A stretch of 64,000 nucleotides of DNA from Malacoraja senta (lineage: Eukaryota): contig CM076001.1 of assembly GCA_038087875.1 (NCBI GenBank), positions 1,550,001 to 1,614,000 on the forward strand, given 5' to 3'. Below are positions 13,269 through 24,944 of the stretch, one piece after another. Numbering within the stretch: the stretch's first letter is position 1; every line of letters begins with the position of its first letter. The notes under the pieces are model-generated. The model did not search any database. It worked only from the letters and a program-made list of their open reading frames with translations, and was not told where the DNA came from. The position numbers were made by a program, and so were the translations under genes.

Positions 13269-13910
13269 CTAAATTAGGGGCAAAATGAAACTGAATTTAA
13301 CAGAATTTAATATCGAGTTTGCAAACAGCCCTCCAACGGCAATCGGCCGATGGTAGTATTGCTGAAACACAAGGTCATTTTGCCACCCCGCGGCTTTAGT
13401 ATAAGGTCGATGGGAACATCCATCGCCCTGGCCGCCGATGTTGCTGCAGATAAATAATCCTGTTTCTTCATGTCTTAAAGCCCTTGTGGCTTCAATGTAA
13501 TGTAACAAATGTGTCCTTACACATAAACATGGATCTGTAGGATATGCTGAGAACACAATCTTAAATCCTGTCACACCTGGCCTGCTTTGTTTGAGCAGGT
13601 CATAAATATAAAACATAACATTCTCTGTAGTCAGTTCCATTCTATCTAACTGAAGTTTCTGCAAAGTCTGCATTCTCTGTGCTGAAACCAATGCCATTAG
13701 CATAGCCAATTTCATGGTTAATTTTGACAAAGTCATAGACGTGACAGGGACCCAATGACGAAGCATGTTAAGAACAACACTTACATCCCAGATAACCATA
13801 TACTTAGGCTTAGGCGGTTTGGAATTAAAGATTACTTTCATCAACCTAGATATGAGAGGGTGAGAACCTATACTTTGTGTCCGTGTACCTATTACAACAT
13901 ATGCGGACAA
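13269..13910 (-). pseudogene. DIRS tyrosine recombinase remnant with an internal deletion
   Basis: HPLISRLMK...PKY..WDVSVVL...KLAMLMALVSAQR...AAGW...FQQYY. The HxxR box is missing between LFI and an out-of-frame AATSAARAMDVPIDLILKAAGW. Confidence 0.85.
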
Positions 13911-14146
13911 AGCACTTCTAGCTGTATTGATAGCACTATAGCTAAGACCCTCACCATAATAAAGTGTGGATAAAAACTAACACATTTTCAATAACTACAC
14001 TATCATATTGAATATTCTTTTCAATATAATATTGTTCCCATTTTGTTTTACATAAGTCATATACTGCTTTTGAGTACTCTTTCTCCAGGCTGCAGTGAGC
14101 ATATCCACCGTTCGCCTAGAAAGTCCTCGACCCATGTAAGGCCTTC

Positions 14147-15923
14147 TTAAAACCTGCAAATTAACAGATCAATACGATCAAATAACGGATGCACTTCACG
14201 CGTTACCGGATGCTCCAGCAAATTCCTACTCTTTGGAATCAGCAAAGGAGGTTGGATCGCTATCTGTAACATCAAAGGGAACCATGGTTGAATTGGCCAA
14301 TTTGGTATCACCAAAACCCCTGAAGCGGCATCCTGTTTGATTTTTTTTCTCGCAAACACCGTCCTATGAGGCAGAATGGTGGGAAAAATGTACACAAACA
14401 TATCACCCCAATTTAGTGAAAAAGTGTCAATTGCCACTGCCCCTGGATCTGGTTCCCATGAAACATATTTTGGCAGCTGGTGGTTAAGCCTGGATGCAAA
14501 CAAATCGATATCTAGCATTCCATATAGAGGTACTATGTTCTTGAACACATCCTGGTTCAACATCCACTCTGTATTATCACGGAATTTCCGTGATCTGTCA
14601 TCTGTTTCCCTGGCAGATAGATAGCTGAAATCCAAATATCTCTATGCATACACCAGGTCCAAATTTGATTTGCCAACCTGTCACATGATAACGATTTGAT
14701 TCCACCCATGTGATTAATATAAGCAACTGCTGTAGTGTTGTCTATTTGACACTGCACATGCGAGCTAGTTTTGTTAGTGCAATAAGCCTTGAGTATATAA
14801 AATACTCCTAAAAGCTCTAAATGGTTAATTCCCCATGTTTGCAGAAGCAATGACTCTTGCTCAGTCCATCTGCCTCCACAGCTGGATCTCGTATCAGTAG
14901 CACCCCACCCAAGTGCACTGACATCTGTCTGCAAAATCATGGAAGCTTGGTCCAATAACACTTTGGAACTACTAGTGGACACATGCTGAATCCACCATTG
15001 TACATCAGCAACAGCCTCTACTGATAGACGCCTAGGCCTATTATAATAACTCAAATGTATCCTCAGTGCTTGTTCCTTTGACCTTTGTAATTGTTGATAA
15101 TGAAGTGGCCCGTATTGAACTGCTGGAAATGCTGCCACCAATTTCCCAAGCAGACTCGCCTCCTGTCTAATTGAAGGCTGTGTGTCAGCAATTAACTTGA
15201 TACACCTCTCAATTAGCTCTACCCTTTTTTGCCTGGGCAAGGTCACAATCATGTTGATTGAGTCTATTATGAAACCCAAATAGTCAATTTGTGTCACAGG
15301 TGTTAATTTAGATTTCTGTGGATGGACTATGAAGCACAATCTTTGAAAAGTGGTTTTAACAACTGCCACTGATGCTTCAGTTGTTTCCTTTGATTGTCCT
15401 ACAATCAAGATATCATCTAGTTAAGCCATGATCACATGCCCTTGACTTCTCATCAAGCCTAGAATAGGTTAAAACAACTTTGTAAACACTCTAGGAGCTG
15501 AAGACAAACCATTAGGCAGAGTATTGTATTGCCATCACTGCCCCATCCAGCTGAATTTTAAATACCTTCTATCCTGCAAATGAACAGACACTGAATACTA
15601 CGCATATTTAAGATCTATAGTTGCCATATAGCATCCTCTGGAAACAAGTTGCTTAGCCGTCACAAACGTTTCCATCTTAAAAATGTCTATACCGTACAAA
15701 AGGGTTAAGACTAGTCAGGTCCAGTATAATTCTGCATCCCCCATTCTTTTTTTGGTCTGGGAAAGATATTGGACACAAACTGTTGGCTTTGGTAAACTGC
15801 CTTAGCAATTACACCTTTATTACATAAGCTTTCAAGTTCCACATGAACTTCCAATTTGTTCAGTGATACTGAAGTCAAAACTCCTTTTTGGAACATGTTG
15901 CATGGGTAAATCAGAATTTGCAT
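14147..15923 (-). pseudogene. DIRS RT/RNase H and DAM-like methyltransferase coding remnants
   Basis: ORF-track peptides: FVSNIFPRPKK (RT N-terminal part); QIDYLGFIIDS...LGKLVAAFPAV...QTDVSALGWGA...INHLELLGV...QIDNTTAVAYINHMGG (RT-RNase H); WMLN...DIDLFASRLNHQLPKYVSW...FSLNWG (methyltransferase). Confidence 0.88.
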
Positions 15924-17277
15924 TAAACTCTATTCGAAACCCTTCAATAACATTCAGTATAAACATATCTGAGGTAATTTGTTTCCATTCCTCTAAGAAC
16001 AGATGTAATCTTCCTCCAACTTTTAATTGTATTACATTATATCTGTCTATATGAGAACTAGACCCACATACCTCCTTACCACGTGGCATCCTTCCCCGGC
16101 CTCGAGCTGGATATCCCACCTTCCCTCGCGCTGCTACAGCCGAACGCCAACTGCGCTGCATCGTAGCTCGACCCGTCCCTTGCCCGGACCAGTCTCCTCG
16201 CTTATAGGGATACTTCCGCTTCGGTGGATATGTGGCTGCTGGCTGCTTAATCAACCCACCGTCTTGGCCTCCTCCTCCAGCTCCTTCACCTGCTTTGCGA
16301 AATCCTCGCCAAACAGTAGATTTGCACGTTGCAGTGTGCCAGGCTGGCAGAATGAAGCATATTTAGGATTGATGGTTGGTCTAATCGCAGTTTTGCGGAG
16401 GCTGTTGATCTCAAAGTGGGCACTACACAATAGCGCCAGCACCTCTTGTTGTAATTTTGTCATGTCCTCTCCATCCACCATCCTGGCAAAACTAGTTATG
16501 CCAGATCCCAGCAACTTTAAAATATGCTGGAGCTTCACCTCCTGTGCTCTCATTTGTATGCCCATCTGGCCCCAAATCATCCTGTTCACAACAGGAACTT
16601 TTAACAGGCCACAGTTGATTGAGCTTCATGCTTCCTTACTGTCTCATCAATTGTCAGCTCCTGTAGCTGGTGTGAGACTAGGTCATTTATACTGGTGGCA
16701 AGTTCCTCACCCAGAGGCTCACCAGCTTCCGACGACATGGTAAACCGTGCTGCACACGGTGTCAGCTCTGGCAGCTGACTGTCCTGCCTTACGAAGTCGT
16801 CGTCGGAATTAGGGTCAGAGCTTATCTGCCCTTCTGCACTAACCTCTTGAAAGAGGGTGCTTTCAAGCAGGCCTCTACCAGGCACTGCCGGCGGAGCCTT
16901 CCCCACTGCATTCCGCCCACACAACTCCTCCTTGAGTGTGGCTTTGTGGAGCAGCCCCTGTATGAGCTATCCATTTTGGATGACCACTGGGTCACGATAT
17001 CCTGTCCCGGACGGGACTCTCCCTGGCACGACTCTACGGAGTCAATGGGCCTGACAGCCTTGGCTTTTGCCTTCCGCCCGACTGACGTTGGCTGTGTACC
17101 CGGATGGGCACTTGGGAGTGCCAAGTCTGTCGCCGCACCGCTACCGGCTTGCGACTCCCCAGGGGTGACAGGCTGCCTTTCAGAGACTGCGCTCCCGCAG
17201 CTCTCTCTCCCTTTGTCCGTAGCCCGCCTGCACCTCGTTGATTTTTCCATTATTCCTGTGTCCTGGGGACAAAACAC
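15832..17277 (-). pseudogene. DIRS gag-like ORF1 remnants
   Basis: Broken frames 16822-17277, 16601-16924 and 16251-16589 (LLCSAHFEINSLRKTAIRPTINPKYASFC...LLFGEDFAKQVKELEE) lie in the ORF1 position, upstream of RT. Confidence 0.65.
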
Positions 17278-18040
17278 AGCAACAATTTTCTCTTTCTACT
17301 AACTCCTCCAAAGTCTCCCCGACTTTGGTGGAGCTGTTAAACTACTTACCTGCAGGAGGAGCTCCTCTTCCTGCTGCCGGGCGCCAATGCATCAGACGTA
17401 ATGACGCGCATGCGCCCTGACGGGTCTTCTTCACGTAGTCACTCACGTGACTCCGAAGTAAAATTACGGAATATCAGCAGTTTGAATGCATCGTGTAATA
17501 CGCGCAGAGATAGGTCCCAATAAACTAAAGTTTAAAAAGGTCATAAGAGATAGGAGCAGAATTAGGCCATTCGGTCCATCAAGTTTACTCCGCCATTCAC
17601 CCTGGATCTATCTCTCCCTCCTAACCCCATTCTCCTGCCGCGCAGAAAACGGTTAAACAAGATAAGAACCAGTTGTATTGGAGGCTGGATACTAGTATCG
17701 ACAATTGTTCTGTTGACTGACAGGATGCAGAGTGAATAAAGGTGGGGGGGGGGGCTATTGTTTAATGCCGCTGACCAGAGATTTCCGCAGCGTCGGAGTT
17801 GAATTAGCAATTTTTCACTTTACATTTTATTGGTCTGGATCATGGAATTGAAACAAATCGCGTCGTTTGAAGTTTGCTTAGTTTCACTGGTTCACCAGGA
17901 TGCGGTGGCTGACAAGTATATCCGAGGTTTCCTGTCCGTGTGGGTCTGCGCACGTATTGGCGCTCTGCACATGGCTGCCACACCTGAGCTCTTGAAACCC
18001 TGGGAAACACAGGCAAGGACAAGAAAGACTCACCACAGGC

Positions 18041-18079
18041 GGTTATTGCACTGTGCAGAGACTGTTTCCAATCACTGTG
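18041..18079 (-). other. 23-bp-spacer RSS of V3
   Basis: CACAGTG (18079-18073), 23-nt spacer, GCAATAACC (18049-18041). Confidence 0.9.
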
Positions 18080-19471
18080 GAACTCAGGGCGCAGTAATAC
18101 ACTGCAGAGTCTGTCAGCTGGAGTCCCCAAATAGTTAAATGGACAAATGAAGTCGCTTGCTGGAGATCCGTGGAGAACCGTTTCTCTATTATGTCTCCCG
18201 GTGTTTCCCGTTGGTCCCAAGATCGTATCAGCACAATAAACTCAGGATTATCCTCGGCAATTTGTCGATACCAATATAACCGATACGTGGATGCTGTAGT
18301 ATTGTAGGTACAGGTTAGTTTCACCAAGTCACCTTTTCTCGGTCTCAGTAAAGACTGGGTATGAGTGACGAAATCCCCAGCGCCCTGTCCTGTGAAATAG
18401 ATTCCGTGTCAAGAGAAAATTTGTAGCCGTTAGACGATAGAAGGGAAACATGCTTAAACTTTTAACTTGACCACCGAACAAATGGAACATTTCGACATGC
18501 GGACAAACAGACTTTTACATAATGTTGCTCCTTGTTTCAGAAAAGATCAGCTGCGAAGGATAACATAGAACAGAGATACGGGCAGAATCGGAACAAGCCG
18601 TTCAGCCAACAATGTCTGTGCCGAACATGATGCAAAGCTCAACTAATCGTATCTCCTGTAAATCACTCATATCTCTCCTTTCCGTGCATGTCCGTGTGTT
18701 TATCTCAAAGCCTCTTAAAAGCCTTTCCATATCTCTCATAAGTTCATATACTTTAATCAGATCGGAGTCCCTAACAGTCCATGGGTAACAAGCCAACTCT
18801 GCCCCAACTATCATGAAAGTTAGCACCCTTTAGTCCAAGTAGTATTCTGGGTATAGGGCTAGAGACACTCAATCTTCGGTTTAAACCAGCATCTTCAGTT
18901 CCTTCCAACTAGTATTCTGGTCATCCTAGCCTGCATCCTAACCAAAACCTCCACGCTTTTCCATCAATAATGCGATGGGAACTGTAGGCAACGCTACAAA
19001 TGCGGCCAAACCAAGGCTTTTAAGCGCTGCATCGTGTTGTTGCAACAATAGATTTTTCCACAATGGGTGCTTTAGTTCACAGCACCCATTGGCTGTGATT
19101 GTGATTGAACCCAGCAAGATCTCTGGAGACGACCATGGTAGACAGCAGATTGAATTATCTGCTAAGAATAAAAACACAATGTCGCACATGTTAAATATCC
19201 TGCCCTAACTCATTTTCCAGATTGAAGTCCTCAGCAAGTACACACAACTCAAAACAGACTGCACTCCAGGAGTCCATGGATGTTAGGAGCTCCAGTCGCC
19301 AGGCCGATTGTAAGCACTTCTCCCGGACTTTTCGGAAATTTCACGAACGTTGTGATTATTACAGACAAATCACAGAACATGTGGAAAACAAAGTTGTCTT
19401 CCGTTCACCTAACTTTTGTCTTAAAGGTACTTACGGAATAAACATGCACAAAATATGAAGGAAAGCAGCAT
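18080..19471 (-). CDS. TCR delta/alpha V gene segment V3 (leader exon 19435-19471, V exon 18080-18389), near-identical paralogue of V2
   Basis: Leader MLLSFIFCACLF + C|GTAAGT. The 310-nt V exon has the same acceptor as V2. It ends YYCALSS rather than YYCALSP. Confidence 0.92.
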
Positions 19472-22400
19472 TTCCAACTTTCTTTCAGGGAATATAGTTG
19501 ACGTGACGGGAAGTTGGAGTCCGTGGCCCCGCAGTGCTCACCACGGCACTGTTATTCGCCGTAAAGGTCCTGCCCTGTTTGACTTCCCAAAAAAGAAAAC
19601 CTCTCACTTATCTTCATTAAAATTCAACAACCATTGCTAGGCACACTTGTTGAACTGTTCAAGATCCTCCGGTGGCTTTAGATAATCATCTTCGCTCTCT
19701 ACGACTCCACCTACCGTGGTGTCATCTTTAAACGTTCTATCCATGCCTTCTACATTCTCATCCAAAACGTCGATATAAATGTCAAACAGCAATGGGCCCA
19801 GAACTGATCCTTGAGGCACACAACTAGTCGCAGGCAACCAGTCCGAAAAAAATAAGGCTCGAATGGCCAAATGGCCTGTTCCTGCACCTATTGTCTATTG
19901 TCTATTGTCTATTGTGTACCTCTGGGCTTTATCCAACCAGTTGCCTATCAACCCCCATTCTCTCCTGTGTCCCCTTAAATATGGCCAGGCTTTACCCCAA
20001 CCCTCCTCTCCTTCGACTGTTCTCCTCTCCCCCTCACCACAATCAGTCAGAAGAACAGCCCCGAACTGAAACCACATCCATGTTCTCCAGATATTCTGCC
20101 TGACCCGTTGAGTTACTCCAGCATTCTGTGCATTATTTTTTTGGAATGCAGCATCTGCAGTTTTCTAAGTTTCCCAACAATAATTTTATAGTGTTATTCC
20201 GATAGTCAAGGCCAATGTAGATGATAAATTGGTACGAATATGGATACAAACTGAAGAACGTACCATTTAGTATGTTCAAACGGATATACATGCTGTTCCT
20301 GGGGCTCGGGGGAGGCAGTGCTACGTAGAAGAAGGGGGATATCGGCCGTGATCAAATAGAAATGCGGACCAGGCTGACGTGCCGAAAGTCCCAGAATGCT
20401 CAGGTTACCGATGTTTTGGGGAAACTGATCGGAAAAACATTATTCATACCTGAAGAGTCTAGAGACCGAAGAAGGGTCTCGACCCGAAACGTCACCCATT
20501 CCTTCTCCCCGGAGATGCTGCCTGGCCCGCCGAGTTATTCCAGCATATTGCGTCTACCTTCGATTTACATCAGCATTTGCAGTTATTTCCTACACGTAAT
20601 ATTAAAGCAGTTGTGCTTTGTAACGTGGGTAGAGCTGCAAATCGAGAAATGTCCTGGGAAATGCGAGTGAGAATTGTGAGAAGGTTTGGGCAACACATCT
20701 GATGAAGGCTGTGCTTGCCCTGGAGATGGAGGGGAGGAATGGGTGAACATATAATCAGCGCTTAACGGCACGGGTCTGTACTCGCTGGAGTTTAGAGGAA
20801 TTGGCTTGCATCGACGCTCGAACCGCGGCCTGCAGACTTTAATATCAAGGGCTCGCAGTCTCTGGAGAGACCGAGTCAGGAAGCTCCGGAAGCCGCACAA
20901 CGTTCGACAAGCCTAGACCCGAGGTCAGAGCGCCGGCGCGGGGTAACTGAGATTCCCCACCGATGCAGGAGCTGATCGGCCCGACGAGGAAGGCCCGCCG
21001 CCAGCTATAGGAGTAAGATCTTCCCATCAACGGTTAGAGGCCCCCGACCGCTGGAGGACAAAGAAGAGATTTAACTTTTGGTTTTACCTTCATTACAATG
21101 AGGAATGTGGACGAGTCACTGTGATGGATGTTGATGTTAAAATGTATTCAGTGTGTTGTGTTGCTTTTTATATCATATTGTATGACTGACTTGGCAAATG
21201 AAATTCCTGGCATGTTGCAAACAATACTTCGCTAATAAAGTATTATTTTATTGTATTGTATTGAATGTCGGAGTAGATTTGATAGGCCGAATGGCCTAAT
21301 ACTGCTCCTATCACCTATGGTCTTCTGATTTTATGAGCGCATGGAGTGGAAATAATAATGTTATTTTAAAACAATAGCTTTTCATAGACGCCCTATCAAA
21401 TAGAAAAATATAAAGTATTGCTTCTCAAGATCATCAGCTGCAATTTAATGGAAGAAGGAGCCCAAACGAGAGCGATTAGTCAGCAACACACGCGACAGAA
21501 GTCCCGTTTGCGCAGAATCGTTAAGTGATGTCCGCAGACACTGACTGCGTTGTCTCCCAAGTCTTTTAGATCGCACCAGGAGTATTGTGTGCAATTTTGG
21601 TCTCCTAAGTTGAGGAAGGACATTATTGCTATTGAGGGAGTCCAGCGTAGGTTCACCAGGTTAATTCCCGAGATGGCGGGCCTGACGTACGAAGAAAGAC
21701 TGGATAGACTCGGCTTGTACTCGCTGGAATTTAGAAGACTGAGGGGGGATCTTATAGAAACTTACAACATTCTTAAGGGGTTGGACAGGCTAGATGCAGG
21801 AAGATTGTTCCCGATGTTGCGGGAGCCCAGATCAAGGGGTCACAGTTTAAGGATCAAGGGGAAATCTTTTAGGACTGAGATGAGAAAAAAAAATGTACAC
21901 AGAGAGTGGTGAATCTCTGGAATTCTCTGCCACAGAATGTAGTTGAGGCCAGTTCATTGGCTATATTTAAGTGGGAGTTAGATGTGGCCCTTGTGGCTAA
22001 AGGAATCAGGGGGGTTTGGAGAGAAAGCTGGTACAGGATACTGAGTTGGATGATCAGCCATGATCATATTGAATGGCGGTGCACGCTCGAAGGGCCGAAT
22101 GGCCTACTCCTGCACCTATTTTCTATGTCTATGTCTATGTCTAGAATGGGTCGACTGGGCTTCTATTCGCTGGAATTTAGAAGGATGAGAGCGGATCTAA
22201 TAGAAACATATAAAATTATAGACAACAGAAAAAGACAATAGGTGCAGGAGTAGGCCATTCGACCCTTGGAGCCAGCACCGCCATTCAATGTGATCATGGC
22301 TGATTATCCCCAATCAGTACCCCGTTCATCCCTTCTCCCCATATCCCCTGACTCCGCTATCCAGAGAACCGGCCTCCATCGCCCTCTGAGGCAGAGAATT

Positions 22401-23373
22401 CCACAGACTCACAACTCTCTGTGAGAAAAAGTGTTTCCTCATCTCCGTTCTAAATAGCTTACCCCTTATTCTTAAACTGTGGTCCCTGGTTCTGGACTCC
22501 CCCAACATCGGGACATGTTTCCTGGCTCTAGACTGTCCAAACCCTTAATAATCTTATATTTTTCAATAGGATCCCCTCTCATCATTCTGAACTCCAGAGT
22601 ATACAAGCCCAGCCGCTCCATTCTCTCAGCATATGACATGATCATGTTGAATGGTGGTGCTGGCTCGAAGGATCGAATGGCCTAGTCCTGCACCAGTTTT
22701 AGTATCTTTCTATTTTTCTACCTCTACCTGTTGCCGCTGTGGTGCAGCAGGGCGACGATGCGGAGCGCCACTCCGAACAGCAGCAGTTGTTGAAGTTCTT
22801 GAGACACCTCTTCGTTGCCATTAACCAAAGGCCGGACGCGTGCGCCAGATTCATGCACAGAGATGAAAAATTACGTGGTGATAAAGCACAGGCTATTTCC
22901 CATGACTGTCGTGTGTCGTCGTGCTGGGGTGGCCTTGTTTAATCCGTTGGCTGAGAAAACACAAGAAAATACTTTGATACTTTTTCTCCCCTCCGTTTCA
23001 CGACAGTCTTCCAATGGGCTTAAGAGGGAACTGCAGATGCTGGAAAATCGAAGGTACACACAAATGCTGTAGAAACTCTGAAGAAGGGTTTCGGCCCGAT
23101 ACGTTGCCTAGCTCCTTCGCTCCATAGATGCTGCTGCACCCGCTGAGTTTCTCCAGTGTGTACCTTCCAGTCTTCCAATGGGATTCAGTTATAAGATTGT
23201 CGTCTGTATAAGACGGAGAATATTTGATGAAGGTAACTTACATCGGCCAGCAGTTCGAGGTTGAGTTTTGTCGCAGTCAGAGATTGAAACTACAAAGTTA
23301 TAATTTGAACCCCGGGAACGAATTGCTTTGTTGCTATTTCATTGTTTACGTATTTCCTTACTAGTAGTTGAGT

Positions 23374-23387
23374 GCGCCATCTGGCGG
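23374..23387 (-). promoter_or_regulatory. CTCF-type core motif
   Basis: Minus strand CCGCCAGATGGCGC matches the CTCF core CC(A/G)C(C/T)AG(A/G)(G/T)GGC(G/A)C. A duplicate lies at 51834-51847. Confidence 0.55.
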
Positions 23388-24944
23388 CACCGTCCAAAAT
23401 AGCTTGCAGTGGGTTTTTCTGCGGGTCCGCCGTGTTTCTTCTGCAACGTGCAGTCCATTGCACAAAGATACGTGGCGGAGTCGGTAATCACGGACGCGCG
23501 AATGATTAACTGGGTGGTCTTTGAGCCTTATTGTACGTAGAAGAGAATCGGTCGGTGAGATCACAATTTCTCTTTAGTATCCTTGCCGTTATCCGAAACA
23601 GGATCCCTGGCGGCTGCTCACGTCGCTGTCTGTATCAATAAGCATTCAGGCTTGTCCCTGCCTTTCACAGATTACAACTCTTAAATACTTCTGTCTAACC
23701 TATTTTAATGTCTGGACTTTGTTCCAACCATCTGGCTATCAGGCACCCCCTCACCATTGTCCACCTATTATGTGTCCCGCATTATCCTGCCTCTTCTCTC
23801 TCCCAGCGCCGCCACCCCTCCCTACCATCAGTCGGAAGAAGCGAAAACAGTCTTCGTCCGTAAGACTGAAAACGGTTCCAAATTGACTTAATTTCTACAA
23901 ACATATTAGATGAATCAGCGTGGATCGCCGAAACATGGAGGCACATACACATACAGAGAATACTTAAATATGCAGGATTTCAACCATTAGGGGAATTCAA
24001 GTGGGAGAAGTTCCGTTCCCTATAAAGACAGCAAGCGGCAGAGATCATCCACACTATAAGGTTTTTGCCCGAGTGGTCAAGGAGGGGACATTTCCTCCTG
24101 TGGTATATATGTCCTGTGTCGTGAAACACATGGCTACGTCTTCGCAAAGTAACCCACATGTGAGTTCGTCAGAATCCTCTTCATGTGGAATATCATGAGA
24201 ATCTGTTCCTCCCTCGCAGGCGGTGTGGTGTAGGCAAATGACAGGCGTTTATAGACAAAACTTGAAACAGGACAGCGAACGCAATTGGGGAAAGATGACA
24301 AGGTAAAGCGTACGGAAGTTTATGTGAGACTCGAACAGACAAAATCCCACTATGTGCTGTGAACGTTCATTGTACATTCAAGTGGAGATTTACCCTCGCT
24401 ATCACGTCGTCTATGTTTACTTTTAAAACGAAAACTACACTTTTGCCTCCCGTGTTCCGGGTCTGAGCAATACCGATTTCGCGACAGCGGTAATCCGCTC
24501 TCACCGGACAGAAAGGATGGAGGACACTTTAACCTGCACCTACACCAGCTTGTTGAATGTCCGCACAGATCATACCGTCTCTCTGACCACGCCATGAACG
24601 GCGAGATGGGGCAGCCGATGAAGAGGAGGGGAGACCGCTGATTTCATCTCATTCTTCAGAACGTGGGCCGTATAGCGCTTCTTGGTGCTAATTCTTCCAG
24701 AGTATGGAAAATGGATACCTGGTGTTCTGCGCTGGAGTGAGATTTCGAATTACAGCGGGGAATTACTGTTAATTAGAAGCAGTGTATAACGTGTCACGCG
24801 TGGAAGCATCTTCTAATCAAAGACGTTTTAGCGACAAGGCGTCTGGTGTCGTTCATGTTGTCTTTCATAATGGAAGACACAAGGATCGTGTCTGAATGCA
24901 GGAGAGTCACGGGGTGGAAGTTAGTGTAGTGTCTATTACTCTGG

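Larger units (their letters stand above)
12777..17464 (-). mobile_element. DIRS1-like tyrosine-recombinase retrotransposon, full length (~4.69 kb), defective
   Basis: Inverted terminal repeats 12841-12881 / 17402-17442 (1 mismatch in 41 nt). Internal complementary region 13025-13116 is complementary to both termini. Minus-strand gag-like, RT/RNase H, methyltransferase and YR frames are broken by stops and frameshifts. The sequence is absent from the paralogous site at ~6331. Confidence 0.95.
5157..22541. repeat. Tandem duplication of a ~6.4-kb V-containing unit (unit A ~5157-11577; unit B ~11578-22541 including the DIRS insertion)
   Basis: 5157-6333 aligns with 11578-12776 and 6334-11577 aligns with 17465-22541. 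The junction at ~11577 joins ...gactgtccaaac to aattcccggctc. Confidence 0.88.

Noticed and set aside
16027-16743. 238-aa plus-strand ORF and other long antisense ORFs (16847-17302, 27820-28311, 56403-56945, 38424-38957, 57381-57947)
   Set aside because: These are antisense shadows of DIRS, Penelope, Tx1 or CR1 coding sequence.
18049-18055. Second perfect CACAGTG inside the V3 RSS spacer, overlapping the nonamer
   Set aside because: No nonamer at 12 or 23 nt downstream (GTGGTGAGT, TTCTTGTCC). It arises from a single substitution relative to V2 (CGCAGTG).
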